From positions 108 to 64,107 of the forward strand of contig DUPQ01000014.1 in the NCBI GenBank assembly GCA_012838235.1: DNA of 64,000 nucleotides. Direction: 5' to 3'. Shown here in pieces: positions 38,160-47,796 of this stretch. The stretch is from Clostridiaceae bacterium (GTDB lineage: Bacteria > Bacillota > Clostridia > DUPQ01). How positions within the stretch are numbered: position 1 is the stretch's first letter; each line of letters starts with the position of its first letter. The notes under the pieces were generated by a model. It worked only from the letters and a program-made list of their open reading frames with translations, was not told the origin of the DNA and did not search any database. A program made the translations under genes and the position numbers.

Positions 38160-39212
38160 TTATTCAAGTTTGGTATAAAAAGATTTCTGTATAATTGTCG
38201 AAGTAGCAGGAATATCTATCTGATAATATTTGGTACCGGATATTTCTTCCACCGTTCCGGGAAGAGTATACCATTGTATACCTGTCCAGCTGTAATTTTC
38301 ATTGTTGTCTGTAGGTACCGATTTCATTAATAAATCCAGTATATTCTGAGCGTCACTGAGCGTTATATAGAGGTCTAAGTCTTTGTATACGGAAGATAAG
38401 AGGCCGTTTAATTTGCTTATAAGGTTTCTTCTGCTCATTTCAAACATCTGATTAAGGAAAGCATTTATAATCTGCTTATTCATTTCAATTCTGTTTAAAT
38501 CAGAACCTTCGGAATAATATTCACTCAACTCTGTAGATTCGGTTCCGGGTGCAGGTTGTCTGAATCTCAACAGTTTGACAACTTCACTTCCCGTAAGATG
38601 TTTTTCGCCTTTTTGAAATTCTATTATCAATTCCAAGTCGGGATCGTAAACGCCTGTAACGGGATCGACACCGTTGTCATAATAGTACATATCGGCAGGT
38701 ATATGAAAGTATAATCCGCCCATTTCATCTATTATTTTCTGGATAACCGATATATTCATCTTCACCGTGTATTTAATTTCCGTTGCAAGTAAGTCTTCAA
38801 AAATATCTATCACTTTCTCATCTTTTAAAATTTCATTTGTGGAAGTGGTATAAACCGATAGGGCTTTCTGCTGATTCTTTACAAGTGTGTCTCTCGGTAT
38901 ACTCATAGCAGATATTTTGCCGTTTTCCGAATCTATGTTGAACAGTATTATGGCATCGGTATCATATCCTTTTATATCGGTAACAAAAAGCAAAATATTG
39001 AAAGGCTGTTGTTTTGTTTCAATATATCTGTCCAGCCAGTCGGGATTTTCTTTGACTGTGTTATCGGTAATTGATGTCGGGTTATTATTGTCCACAACGG
39101 CATCCACTCTCTGTTGTTTTACGTTGATAAGAATGACGGAAATCATTCCTGCTATTACTAATATAATAAACATCGCAGTTGCGAATGTTGAAAGAAATCT
39201 TTTCGGTATCAT
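38160..39212 (-). CDS. LCP (LytR-CpsA-Psr) family cell-envelope glycopolymer transferase
   Basis: N-terminal TM helix. LCP core ILLFVTD...DAIILFNID...ISAMSIPRDT. GGAGG RBS. Confidence 0.8.
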   Translation of the reverse strand: MIPKRFLSTFATAMFIILVIAGMISVILINVKQQRVDAVVDNNNPTSITDNTVKENPDWLDRYIETKQQPFNILLFVTDIKGYDTDAIILFNIDSENGKISAMSIPRDTLVKNQQKALSVYTTSTNEILKDEKVIDIFEDLLATEIKYTVKMNISVIQKIIDEMGGLYFHIPADMYYYDNGVDPVTGVYDPDLELIIEFQKGEKHLTGSEVVKLLRFRQPAPGTESTELSEYYSEGSDLNRIEMNKQIINAFLNQMFEMSRRNLISKLNGLLSSVYKDLDLYITLSDAQNILDLLMKSVPTDNNENYSWTGIQWYTLPGTVEEISGTKYYQIDIPATSTIIQKSFYTKLE

Positions 39213-39349
39213 GTTGCCTCCTTGTCCAGTTACAACGGTATGTATTTTACATTAATATCCTTATGTTGTAAAGTAGTGTAAAATTCAATACTCCACCGCT
39301 ATACTATACAAATTAAACGTTAATCTTCACACTAAGGTTCAAAACCCTG

Positions 39350-40312
39350 TTATTTTTCCTTTTTGTAATCCGCCAGAGGATTCTTCTTTGTGGCACTTCT
39401 TAACTGCTCATCGTCAAGATGGGTATAAATTTCCGTTGTCGCTATACTTTCATGACCCAATATACGCTGCAGAGCCCTTATATCCACATCACCGTGTTTA
39501 TACATCAAAGTGGCTGCGGTGTGTCTCAGTTTGTGTGCCGAATACTTGGTAGTATCTATACCGGCATTGGCCAGTTGTTTTTTTACTATTACATGAACGG
39601 TTTTTCTGCTTATTCTCGTATAACGTTCGCTTAAAAACATTGCATTCTTGTCAACGGCTTTATCATTGGGACGTACGGCCATATACTCATTTATGGCATT
39701 TCTGCAAGCATCGTTGAGATATATAGTTCTTTCTTTATTTCCTTTACCGGAAATTTTAATTGTATCATCCCTGTAATCGGTTATATTTATCCCTACAAGT
39801 TCCGATATTCTTATACCGCAGTTAAGTAAAAGAGTTAACATGGCAAAATCTCTTTTCTCATGACGGCTTTCCACATTGTCTAAAAGTTTGGTGCTCTCTT
39901 CCAGGTTGAGATAGCGGGGAAGACCCTTCTTATGTTTCGGGGTTTCCAGTTCCAATGCGGGATTGTTGTTTATAAGTTTTACCTTGGAAAAAAGGTATTT
40001 ATAAAAGGACCTGAGTGAAGCTACTTTTCTTGCTCGGGTTTTAGAGGAAGCACCTCTGTTTCTTGAAAGAAAAGTCATATACGCATAAAAGTCCGATAGT
40101 GTGAGTTTTTCTAAAACACTTACATCCATGTCTTTAACGGTAATCTCGTCAAATTCTTCTTTTGCATTGAATTTCAGTATTTTAACAAACCGAAGAAACA
40201 TTCTGATATCGTAATAATATTCATTTACAGTCTGCGGTGACCTGTTTTGTATTGTTTCAAGATATGATAAAAAATCCCTGCAATAATCGGGAAGATCCTC
40301 ATATTTAAGCAT
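39350..40312 (-). CDS. Tyrosine recombinase, XerC/XerD-like
   Basis: N-terminal SAM-like core-binding domain. C-terminal catalytic segments HKLRHTAAT and LGHESIATTEIYTH. Its ATG overlaps the gltX stop (ATGCTTAA). Confidence 0.8.
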   Translation of the reverse strand: MLKYEDLPDYCRDFLSYLETIQNRSPQTVNEYYYDIRMFLRFVKILKFNAKEEFDEITVKDMDVSVLEKLTLSDFYAYMTFLSRNRGASSKTRARKVASLRSFYKYLFSKVKLINNNPALELETPKHKKGLPRYLNLEESTKLLDNVESRHEKRDFAMLTLLLNCGIRISELVGINITDYRDDTIKISGKGNKERTIYLNDACRNAINEYMAVRPNDKAVDKNAMFLSERYTRISRKTVHVIVKKQLANAGIDTTKYSAHKLRHTAATLMYKHGDVDIRALQRILGHESIATTEIYTHLDDEQLRSATKKNPLADYKKEK

Positions 40313-41768
40313 CTGTCTTCTCCAATTGCTTAATTGCTTTATCTATTCTTTTAAGCGTTTCCTGTTTACCCAGCACATCGGCTATTTCCACGGCTCCTCC
40401 TGCGGTTACAAGCTGACCGCTTAAAGCAATTCTTGCAGGCCACATCACCAGTCCGTTTTTAACACCCAACTCCTGTGCTGTGGAGGTAAACATTAAATAA
40501 ATTGATTCATGATTGAAATCTTCCATAGCAACTATTTTATCCCTGATGATAGGAAGAATCCTTTTTGCTTCATTTATATTACATTTACTTTTTTCATTGT
40601 TGTAAAGACTTATATCGATAGGTTTTGCCTTCTTTAAAAACTTAACCATATCGGGAATCTCACTTAATACTTCCACACGTTTTTGAATCATGGAACAAAT
40701 TTTGGTTCTGTCTAAAGTATCGGGTAATGCTTTATCTATCCACGGTGAAGCAATCTTAACAAACTCTTCAGGAGTCTTCCTCCTTATATATTCACCGTTC
40801 ATCCATTTTAATTTATCGGTGTCGTACACAGAGGAAGACTTGCTAATACCTTTAATATCAAATACCTTTTCCAGTTCCGACAATGTGTAGAATTCCTGTT
40901 CCGTCCCGCTGCTCCAGCCCAAAAGCACAATGAAATTGACAACCGCTTCAGGCAGATATCCCGCTTTTATAAGGTCGGAAAAGTATGCATCACCGCTGCG
41001 CTTGGACAGTTTTCCGCCGCCCAGCTTTTCCACCAGGGGAAGATGCACGAATATGGGAGGCTCCCATCCGAAAGCCTCGTAGAGAAGTACATACTTGGGG
41101 GTTGACGTAATATATTCACTGCCTCTTACCACATGCGATATCTTCATCAGATGATCATCTATTACATTGGCGAAATTATATGTGGGAAAGCCGTCGGATT
41201 TGATAAGTATCTGATCTTCCAGTACATCATTGTTAAAAGTAATATCTCCGTATACCGCATCGTTGTATGTGGTTTCACCTGTATCGGGCATTAACTGACG
41301 TATGACATACGGCTCTTTTGCATCCAGTCTTCTTTGAATTTCCTCTTTTGAAAGGTTAAGACAATGTCTGTCATATTTATTCTGCACCTTGGCTTTTTCC
41401 GCTTTAACTCTTAAATCTTCCAGTCGCTCTTCGGAGCAGAAGCAGTAATAGGCTTTGCCTTTTTCAATAAGTTGTTTTGCATAGGGAAGATAAAGATGCT
41501 TTCTTTCCGATTGTACATAAGGACCGTAATGGCCTCCGATGTCGGGACCTTCGTCATGCTTAATACCTACAATTTTAAGCGTATCGTATATTACATCCAC
41601 TGCACCTTCGACATATCGCTTCTGGTCGGTGTCTTCTATTCTGAGTATGAATTTGCCGTTTTTGACCTTGGCAATAAGGTACTCGTAAAGAGCCGAACGT
41701 AAATTACCTATATGAACAAATCCGGTGGGTGACGGTGCATATCTTGTTCTTACTTCATTGTGACTCAT
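40305..41768 (-). CDS. gltX: Glutamate--tRNA ligase
   Basis: HIGH motif (HIGNLRSAL) and KMSKS motif (KLSKRSG). 487 aa. Confidence 0.95.
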   Translation of the reverse strand: MSHNEVRTRYAPSPTGFVHIGNLRSALYEYLIAKVKNGKFILRIEDTDQKRYVEGAVDVIYDTLKIVGIKHDEGPDIGGHYGPYVQSERKHLYLPYAKQLIEKGKAYYCFCSEERLEDLRVKAEKAKVQNKYDRHCLNLSKEEIQRRLDAKEPYVIRQLMPDTGETTYNDAVYGDITFNNDVLEDQILIKSDGFPTYNFANVIDDHLMKISHVVRGSEYITSTPKYVLLYEAFGWEPPIFVHLPLVEKLGGGKLSKRSGDAYFSDLIKAGYLPEAVVNFIVLLGWSSGTEQEFYTLSELEKVFDIKGISKSSSVYDTDKLKWMNGEYIRRKTPEEFVKIASPWIDKALPDTLDRTKICSMIQKRVEVLSEIPDMVKFLKKAKPIDISLYNNEKSKCNINEAKRILPIIRDKIVAMEDFNHESIYLMFTSTAQELGVKNGLVMWPARIALSGQLVTAGGAVEIADVLGKQETLKRIDKAIKQLEKTDA

Positions 41769-41905
41769 TTAAAAACTCCTTGATTATTTCTTCTCCATAA
41801 TTATATCATTATGTCGGATTTATACAATAAATTACCTGTCATATTTCCCGTATGCATGTATAATAGAGGACAGAAGATTATTTATCAGTACCACAGGAGA
41901 TACTT

Positions 41906-43456
41906 ATGACCGTAAAAATACTAACCGATAACAAAACATATGAATTCGATACTCGGACTCTTAAACATCCGAACATATACTCGCTTATAAAAAGCATTCC
42001 GGAAATTGACTTTTCCGCTCCCTGCGGAGGAGGGAAGAGATGCGGGAAGTGTAAAATAAGGCTTCTTAATGATAATACGGGTATATCCGAGGAAGAAAGG
42101 CGTTTTTTAACAAAAGAAGAGATATCCGATAATATCCGTTTAGCATGTTTTGTTGCGCTTTCCGACGGACAGGTGGTGGATCTGAGAGAAACCGAATCAT
42201 TACAATCCATCATGACCGAAGACAGACTGTCACATGATAATATTACCGTCAATTCCATAACCGATAGGGGATACGGTGTTGCCGTAGACATCGGTACCAC
42301 AACATTGGCCGCTTCTTTATACGACCTCAAGACCGCCAAGAGATTATCCGTTACTTCGGACGTAAACAGACAGGGAAGATTCGGTGCGGATGTAATATCG
42401 CGTATTCAGTTCGCTTCGTCAAAAGAGAATCTTTTGCTTATGCAGGATACCGTTCTTACTCAGGTCAACCGTATGATTTTAAGATTGTGTAAGCAGTCCG
42501 CAATAAACTGTAAAGATATTTATGTTGTAGCGGTTTCCGGCAATACCACAATGCAGCATATTTTCATGGGATTGGATCCGACAGGTATCGGAGTTGCACC
42601 GTTTACTCCGGTCACTCTGGATACTCATATATTCGATACCGATGCTCCCGAACTCAAGTGGGATGTAAAGATAAATAAAAAGGGAAAGATTGTTGTTTGT
42701 GCAAGTATTGCAAGTTATGTGGGTGCGGATATTCTGGTAGGTATACTGGCAACAGGCATACATAAAGCGGATAAACCGTGTATATTACTGGATATAGGCA
42801 CAAACGGTGAGATAGTATTAGGTTCAAAGGACGGAATATTCAGCTGTGCCACGGCTGCAGGTCCGGCATTTGAAGGAGCTAATATTTCCTGCGGTGTTGC
42901 GGGTATTGAGGGTGCAATCAATACCGTAAGCTATGATGATGCAAACAAATTCACTACGATAGGTAATAAAAAGCCTATCGGCATATGCGGTTCGGGACTA
43001 ATTGACGCCGTATATTCCATGCTTAAAAACGGTATAATCGAGGACTCGGGCTATATGGAGTCAGAGGAATTCAAGATTACCGACAATGTAATACTGACAC
43101 AAAAAGATATCAGGGAAGTGCAGAATGCAAAGGCCGCCATCGCTGCGGGATTAAAGATACTTGTAAAAAGATCAGGATATAAATATTCAGAAATAGATAA
43201 ATTATATCTTGCCGGAGGTTTCGGAACCGTTATGAATGTGGAAAGTTCCACGGGAATAGGTCTTATTCCTGCCGAACTTAAAGATAAAGTAATACCTGCG
43301 GGTAACACATCATTAGCCGGTACATCCATGCTTCTTCTGGATAAGGCAAATATCGAAACAATAGATTCCATACGTAAAATGACACAATACATAGAACTCA
43401 GTCAGGATAACGAGTTTACCGAGGAGTATGTGGATAACATGTTTTTTGAGGTTTGA
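41906..43456 (+). CDS. ASKHA-fold DUF4445 protein with N-terminal plant-type [2Fe-2S] ferredoxin domain (RACo-like corrinoid reductive activase candidate)
   Basis: CGGGKRCGKC...LAC ferredoxin cysteine pattern. Actin-like ATPase segments DIGTTT, LDIGTNGE and GAFG-type GGFG. Confidence 0.7.
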   Translation: MTVKILTDNKTYEFDTRTLKHPNIYSLIKSIPEIDFSAPCGGGKRCGKCKIRLLNDNTGISEEERRFLTKEEISDNIRLACFVALSDGQVVDLRETESLQSIMTEDRLSHDNITVNSITDRGYGVAVDIGTTTLAASLYDLKTAKRLSVTSDVNRQGRFGADVISRIQFASSKENLLLMQDTVLTQVNRMILRLCKQSAINCKDIYVVAVSGNTTMQHIFMGLDPTGIGVAPFTPVTLDTHIFDTDAPELKWDVKINKKGKIVVCASIASYVGADILVGILATGIHKADKPCILLDIGTNGEIVLGSKDGIFSCATAAGPAFEGANISCGVAGIEGAINTVSYDDANKFTTIGNKKPIGICGSGLIDAVYSMLKNGIIEDSGYMESEEFKITDNVILTQKDIREVQNAKAAIAAGLKILVKRSGYKYSEIDKLYLAGGFGTVMNVESSTGIGLIPAELKDKVIPAGNTSLAGTSMLLLDKANIETIDSIRKMTQYIELSQDNEFTEEYVDNMFFEV

Positions 43457-43465
43457 GAACATAAA

Positions 43466-44011
43466 TTGCAGAACTTAACTTTTACAGACAAACAATCCGT
43501 AAGGAAATATATGATAGAAAAGAGAAATGCTTTAACATACCGGGAAGTACAGAATCTTTCCGAAGAAATTTTTAAAAACTTTCTTAATTCCGATTTAACC
43601 ATGTATGAAAGTTATATGGTATATATGCCCATAAAAAATGAGACAGACACATATTTGCTTATTGATTATCTTTTAAATACCGGTAAACAGGTATCGGTTC
43701 CTTATATTGATAAGAAAAATAAACTGGTTCCCGTATTGATTGAGAAAAATACGGTTTATAAAAAAGATACTTTCGGTATCAATATACCCGAACAAATTCA
43801 GATTGTATCTCCCGATCTTTTGGATGTCATATTTGTTCCCGGTGTAGCTTTTGATATTTCAGGTAACAGAGTAGGGTACGGCAGAGGATATTATGACGCC
43901 TTTTTAAAAGACCTTCACTGTATAACCTGTGCCTGGTGCTACGATTTTCAGATTATAGATAAAATACCCGATGTCTCACCGGCTGATGTCAGAATAAAAA
44001 GGTTTTTATAA
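43466..44011 (+). CDS. 5-formyltetrahydrofolate cyclo-ligase
   Basis: VPGVAFDISGNRVGYGRGYYD signature. TTG start (the N-terminus is uncertain). Confidence 0.75.
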   Translation: MQNLTFTDKQSVRKYMIEKRNALTYREVQNLSEEIFKNFLNSDLTMYESYMVYMPIKNETDTYLLIDYLLNTGKQVSVPYIDKKNKLVPVLIEKNTVYKKDTFGINIPEQIQIVSPDLLDVIFVPGVAFDISGNRVGYGRGYYDAFLKDLHCITCAWCYDFQIIDKIPDVSPADVRIKRFL

Positions 44012-44016
44012 GCCTC

Positions 44017-44670
44017 CTACTTGACGGAATATCGTGTCTCAAACTTAAGATATATGTAAACAGCATTGCTCATGACAAAAAAAACGGAAACCGATAACAT
44101 AATAAGTTGAAAATATCCTTCATATGACAACAGAAAATCTCTTAGTATACCTGATATTTTCCAAATCGTATATGCAATAAAAAGCGAACCGCAGACAATA
44201 TCTATTATTCTCATGGTTAAACTTGCGTATTTTGATGAATAGGGCTTTTCTATTATGAAACACAATATAAGTACGGAGAATAAGACGGAAGCCGAAATAA
44301 GACAAGCGTTGAAAAAATGGAATCTGCCATGCAGTTCATACAAAAAACCGCTTAATGACAGAAAAATGCAGGTTAAAACAGATGCGGGATAAAGTAAGTA
44401 AGAGATGCGTGTCCTGAAAATACCTATAAAGCCGAAGCTGAATATAAGAAGGAAAAGACCGCAAAAGATAAGAACGAAATAAAAAGGCTTCAGAACAGTA
44501 TGATACTCAGGGGAAAACAGATCGGCTTTAAATGCGGATATAGATATATCTTTTGTCAGATGATAATAGATAATGATACCTATAAGCGCCAAACAATAAA
44601 GTAATCCGAATATCTCGTAATTAAATCGCTTTTTCCGTTTATGCGAACTGATGTATGTCATTTTACGCAT
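44017..44670 (-). CDS. Hypothetical polytopic membrane protein (about six hydrophobic helices)
   Basis: ORF and hydrophobicity only. It starts 5 nt downstream of the mutase gene stop. Confidence 0.4.
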   Translation of the reverse strand: MRKMTYISSHKRKKRFNYEIFGLLYCLALIGIIIYYHLTKDISISAFKADLFSPEYHTVLKPFYFVLIFCGLFLLIFSFGFIGIFRTRISYLLYPASVLTCIFLSLSGFLYELHGRFHFFNACLISASVLFSVLILCFIIEKPYSSKYASLTMRIIDIVCGSLFIAYTIWKISGILRDFLLSYEGYFQLIMLSVSVFFVMSNAVYIYLKFETRYSVK

Positions 44671-44675
44671 AGATA

Positions 44676-46304
44676 CTAATTCAACATCCTTTCAATCAGT
44701 ACAGTCAGTTTTTTCATTTTTTCTTTCGCATCTATCATATCACAGCCTTCTGCGAAATAATATATCTTTATCTTAGGTTCGGTGCCGGAGGGGCGTACGA
44801 TAGCAGTTCCAAAATCTTTTATATCAAACTTAAGTACATCTGCATGAAGCATATCGGTTTCATTGAGATAATCTTTTGTCAACAAAGTACTTTTCCGTAA
44901 GTTTTCCATTATACTTCTCATCTTGCTCAATCCCGCCGTTCCCGGATATTCGTAATTGCCCAGATAGGAAATGAGATATCCGAACTTTTTATATAGCTCC
45001 TCCAGTCTGTCAAGAAGGGAAATATCCTTATCTTTATAGTAATCCGCCATATCGGCTATCAGAACTGCGGCATTAACGGCATCTTTATCCCGGACATAAG
45101 TTCCCGAAAGATACCCGCAGCTTTCTTCAAATCCGAAAATAAAGCTGTCTTCCCGACCTTTTTCTTCAAGAATTGCTATCTGATCCCCGATGAATTTAAA
45201 TCCCGTAAGAGTATCAATAACCGTTACTCCGTAATGTTCGGCTATTTTGGTTGCCAGTTCGGTTGTTACTATGGTTTTAATTGCAACAGGGCATTTTGGC
45301 ATAATATTCTTCTTTTTTCTCATCATGCATATATAGTCTAATAGAAGAATTCCCACTTCATTTCCGTTTAAAATTACCGCTTGGTTATCTTTCCTAACAG
45401 CCAGACCGGCTCTGTCACAGTCGGGATCGGTAGCTATTAAGATATCCGACTTACTGTTAATCAAATCCCTTATGCCCAATTGCAATGCTTCTCTCACTTC
45501 GGGATTGGGATAGGGACAGGTGGGAAATCTGCCGTCCGGATGCATCTGTTCCCGCACCGTTATAAAGTTCTTAAAGCCTCTTTTTGCCATTGCACCCGAT
45601 ACACATTCATATCCGCTTCCGTTTAACGGGGTATACACTATTTTGATTCTTTTACTGCCGTCATAAAATGCCTGTTTACACACCGTGTCAATAAAATCTT
45701 CAATTAAACTGTCTTCTATGTAGGTTATAAGTCCTTTATCAATGCATGTATCAAAATCCGTCTCACCGGGTAATTCATAAAATATATCGGTTTTATTTAT
45801 ATGCCGCAAAATTAAATCGGCCGTTTCCGGATTTATCTGACAGCCTTTGGAGTTATATACCTTATAGCCGTTGTAATTCGACGGATTATGAGATGCCGTT
45901 ATAACAATACCGGAATCACATTTAAGTTGTCTTACCGCAAAGGACAATAAAGGGGTAGGGGATACTCTGTCAAAAAGATATACTTTCATTTTACAGTTGG
46001 CCAATACCGTTGCGGCTTCTTTGGCAAACAAATCCGACTTTATTCTGGAATCGTAAGCTATTGCAACCGAAGAACCGATTGAAAGGACCGAAGCCAATCC
46101 GAATGTAGCTTTCCTAACAGTGTATATATTCATTCTGTTGGTGCCTGCACCCAAAATTCCGCGTAATCCGCCCGTGCCGAAGGTAAGATTCCTGCCGAAT
46201 GCATCCTCAATCAATTCAGGCTTACTGTTCATTTCAATAAGCTCTTTATTCAAATCGTTATCTTTTAATCTTACTGATTTCCACTTTATGTATTCGTTAT
46301 TCAT
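44676..46304 (-). CDS. Phospho-sugar mutase (phosphoglucomutase/phosphomannomutase family)
   Basis: Phosphoserine loop TASHNPSNYNGYK and metal loop ATDPDCDR. C-terminal RPSGTEPK. Confidence 0.85.
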   Translation of the reverse strand: MNNEYIKWKSVRLKDNDLNKELIEMNSKPELIEDAFGRNLTFGTGGLRGILGAGTNRMNIYTVRKATFGLASVLSIGSSVAIAYDSRIKSDLFAKEAATVLANCKMKVYLFDRVSPTPLLSFAVRQLKCDSGIVITASHNPSNYNGYKVYNSKGCQINPETADLILRHINKTDIFYELPGETDFDTCIDKGLITYIEDSLIEDFIDTVCKQAFYDGSKRIKIVYTPLNGSGYECVSGAMAKRGFKNFITVREQMHPDGRFPTCPYPNPEVREALQLGIRDLINSKSDILIATDPDCDRAGLAVRKDNQAVILNGNEVGILLLDYICMMRKKKNIMPKCPVAIKTIVTTELATKIAEHYGVTVIDTLTGFKFIGDQIAILEEKGREDSFIFGFEESCGYLSGTYVRDKDAVNAAVLIADMADYYKDKDISLLDRLEELYKKFGYLISYLGNYEYPGTAGLSKMRSIMENLRKSTLLTKDYLNETDMLHADVLKFDIKDFGTAIVRPSGTEPKIKIYYFAEGCDMIDAKEKMKKLTVLIERMLN

Positions 46305-46505
46305 AGCAAACCCTCTATATTCATCGACATACTGATTATACAGTAATATGGATATTTTACCTATAGAAAAGTCGGAAATATATGTTTGTACATTGTTTTT
46401 AACTGATTAATGTATTATTATACATATTGTAAGGTGCTTTAATAATTTAATCGGTTAAACTCATTTAAAGAGTAGCAGAAGTTTATATAAAATAAGGCAG
46501 GTAAT

Positions 46506-47345
46506 ATGAGATTTTCACTATATGCAAATGTTAATAAAGATGCAAACGGACTGTTTTTAGCACAGGTCTGCAAATATATTGAATCTATAGGTTCCGAAGT
46601 TATACACAGTGAGATTGTTTCCAAAGGCGGTAAGACGGACATTTCAAAAGTTATGCATTCCGATGTTATCATTACTTTAGGCGGAGACGGTACACTTCTG
46701 GATATAGCACAGAAAACCAAGAGTTTATCAATACCTCTGGTAGGTATTAATATAGGGTCACTGGGCTTTTTAACTCAGATAGAGAAAAATAACTATGAGG
46801 AACTTATAAAAAGCATAACTTTGAAACAATATACCATATCAAAAAGAGCGATGCTTTCGGCAAAAGTCTATCGTAATGACAAATTGATTTATGACATAGA
46901 TGCTTTAAATGATGTGGTCATAACCAGAAAAGTAACCGGGGATACCGTTGCCGTATCGGTGGATATAAACGGATCATATATAGATACTTACGACGGGGAC
47001 GGCGTTATAATAAGTACACCCACAGGCTCCACAGGATATCAGATGAGCGCAGGAGGTCCGGTAAGCGATCCCGAGGCCGATATAATGCTTATGACTCCTA
47101 TCTGTCCTCATATGATGCACAAGCAGACATACATACTTAAAGATGACAGCAACATTGTTTTAACGGTGGAAGAGGATGAAAGTTTTGACTGTTGTTTCAG
47201 TTACGACGGTATTGCTTCCTCACTGAAAGGTAGGGATGTGATAAAAGTTAAGAAAAGTAATTCTTTTATTCCGCTGCTTAAAATACAGGGCAATTCATTT
47301 TATGAAAATCTCAGAAACAAAATATATTACAGAGGTGCAAAATGA
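46506..47345 (+). CDS. nadK: NAD kinase
   Basis: GGDGT, NDVV and STPTGSTGY motifs. Confidence 0.9.
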   Translation: MRFSLYANVNKDANGLFLAQVCKYIESIGSEVIHSEIVSKGGKTDISKVMHSDVIITLGGDGTLLDIAQKTKSLSIPLVGINIGSLGFLTQIEKNNYEELIKSITLKQYTISKRAMLSAKVYRNDKLIYDIDALNDVVITRKVTGDTVAVSVDINGSYIDTYDGDGVIISTPTGSTGYQMSAGGPVSDPEADIMLMTPICPHMMHKQTYILKDDSNIVLTVEEDESFDCCFSYDGIASSLKGRDVIKVKKSNSFIPLLKIQGNSFYENLRNKIYYRGAK

Positions 47346-47791
47346 AAAACAAACGACAGGTAAAAATACTGGAGTTCATTAAACAGTATCCTGTTCAGAC
47401 TCAGGAAGAGCTGGTCACATTGTTGCAAAATAACGGTTTTGTTGCGACTCAGGCTACCGTTTCGAGAGATATCAAGGAATTGAAACTTTTCAAAGCAATC
47501 AATAAAGACGGTCTCTCTGTTTATACTTCCAACTCCGATGTTTCGGATAATTCACATGAGAAGCTTATAAAAGTGCTTAAAGCATCGTTTTTGTCTATCA
47601 ATATTGCTCAGAATATAGCGGTAATAAAGACTTTACCCGCAACCGCACCGGCTGTTGCATCGGCAATTGACAATCTTGATGCTAAGAATCTTATAGGCAC
47701 TATTGCCGGAGACGACACAATATTTGCATGTTTTTCCGCAAATGAAGATGCACAGGCTTTTTATGAGAATATTCTCGATGAGTTGAGGTAA
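47342..47791 (+). CDS. argR: Arginine repressor
   Basis: Winged-helix TQATVSRDIKEL and C-terminal GTIAGDDTIF. Conserved nadK-argR-recN order. Confidence 0.9.
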   Translation: MKNKRQVKILEFIKQYPVQTQEELVTLLQNNGFVATQATVSRDIKELKLFKAINKDGLSVYTSNSDVSDNSHEKLIKVLKASFLSINIAQNIAVIKTLPATAPAVASAIDNLDAKNLIGTIAGDDTIFACFSANEDAQAFYENILDELR

Positions 47792-47796
47792 TCGAT

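Noticed and set aside
41769-41905. T-box leader upstream of gltX
   Set aside because: Only ~137 nt separate gltX from the divergent gene. There is no T-box sequence (AGGGUGGNACCGCG-like), no specifier-loop architecture and no terminator/antiterminator pair.
41878-42339. Long antisense ORFs inside well-supported genes (41878..42339, 53392..53919, 62436..62921, 37072..37467, 13255..13632, 2625..2954, 17794..18180)
   Set aside because: Each lies entirely within, and antisense to, a CDS with clear family motifs. They have odd composition (Ser/Leu/Ile/Phe-rich), no RBS and no recognisable motif. They are typical shadow ORFs in AT-rich DNA.
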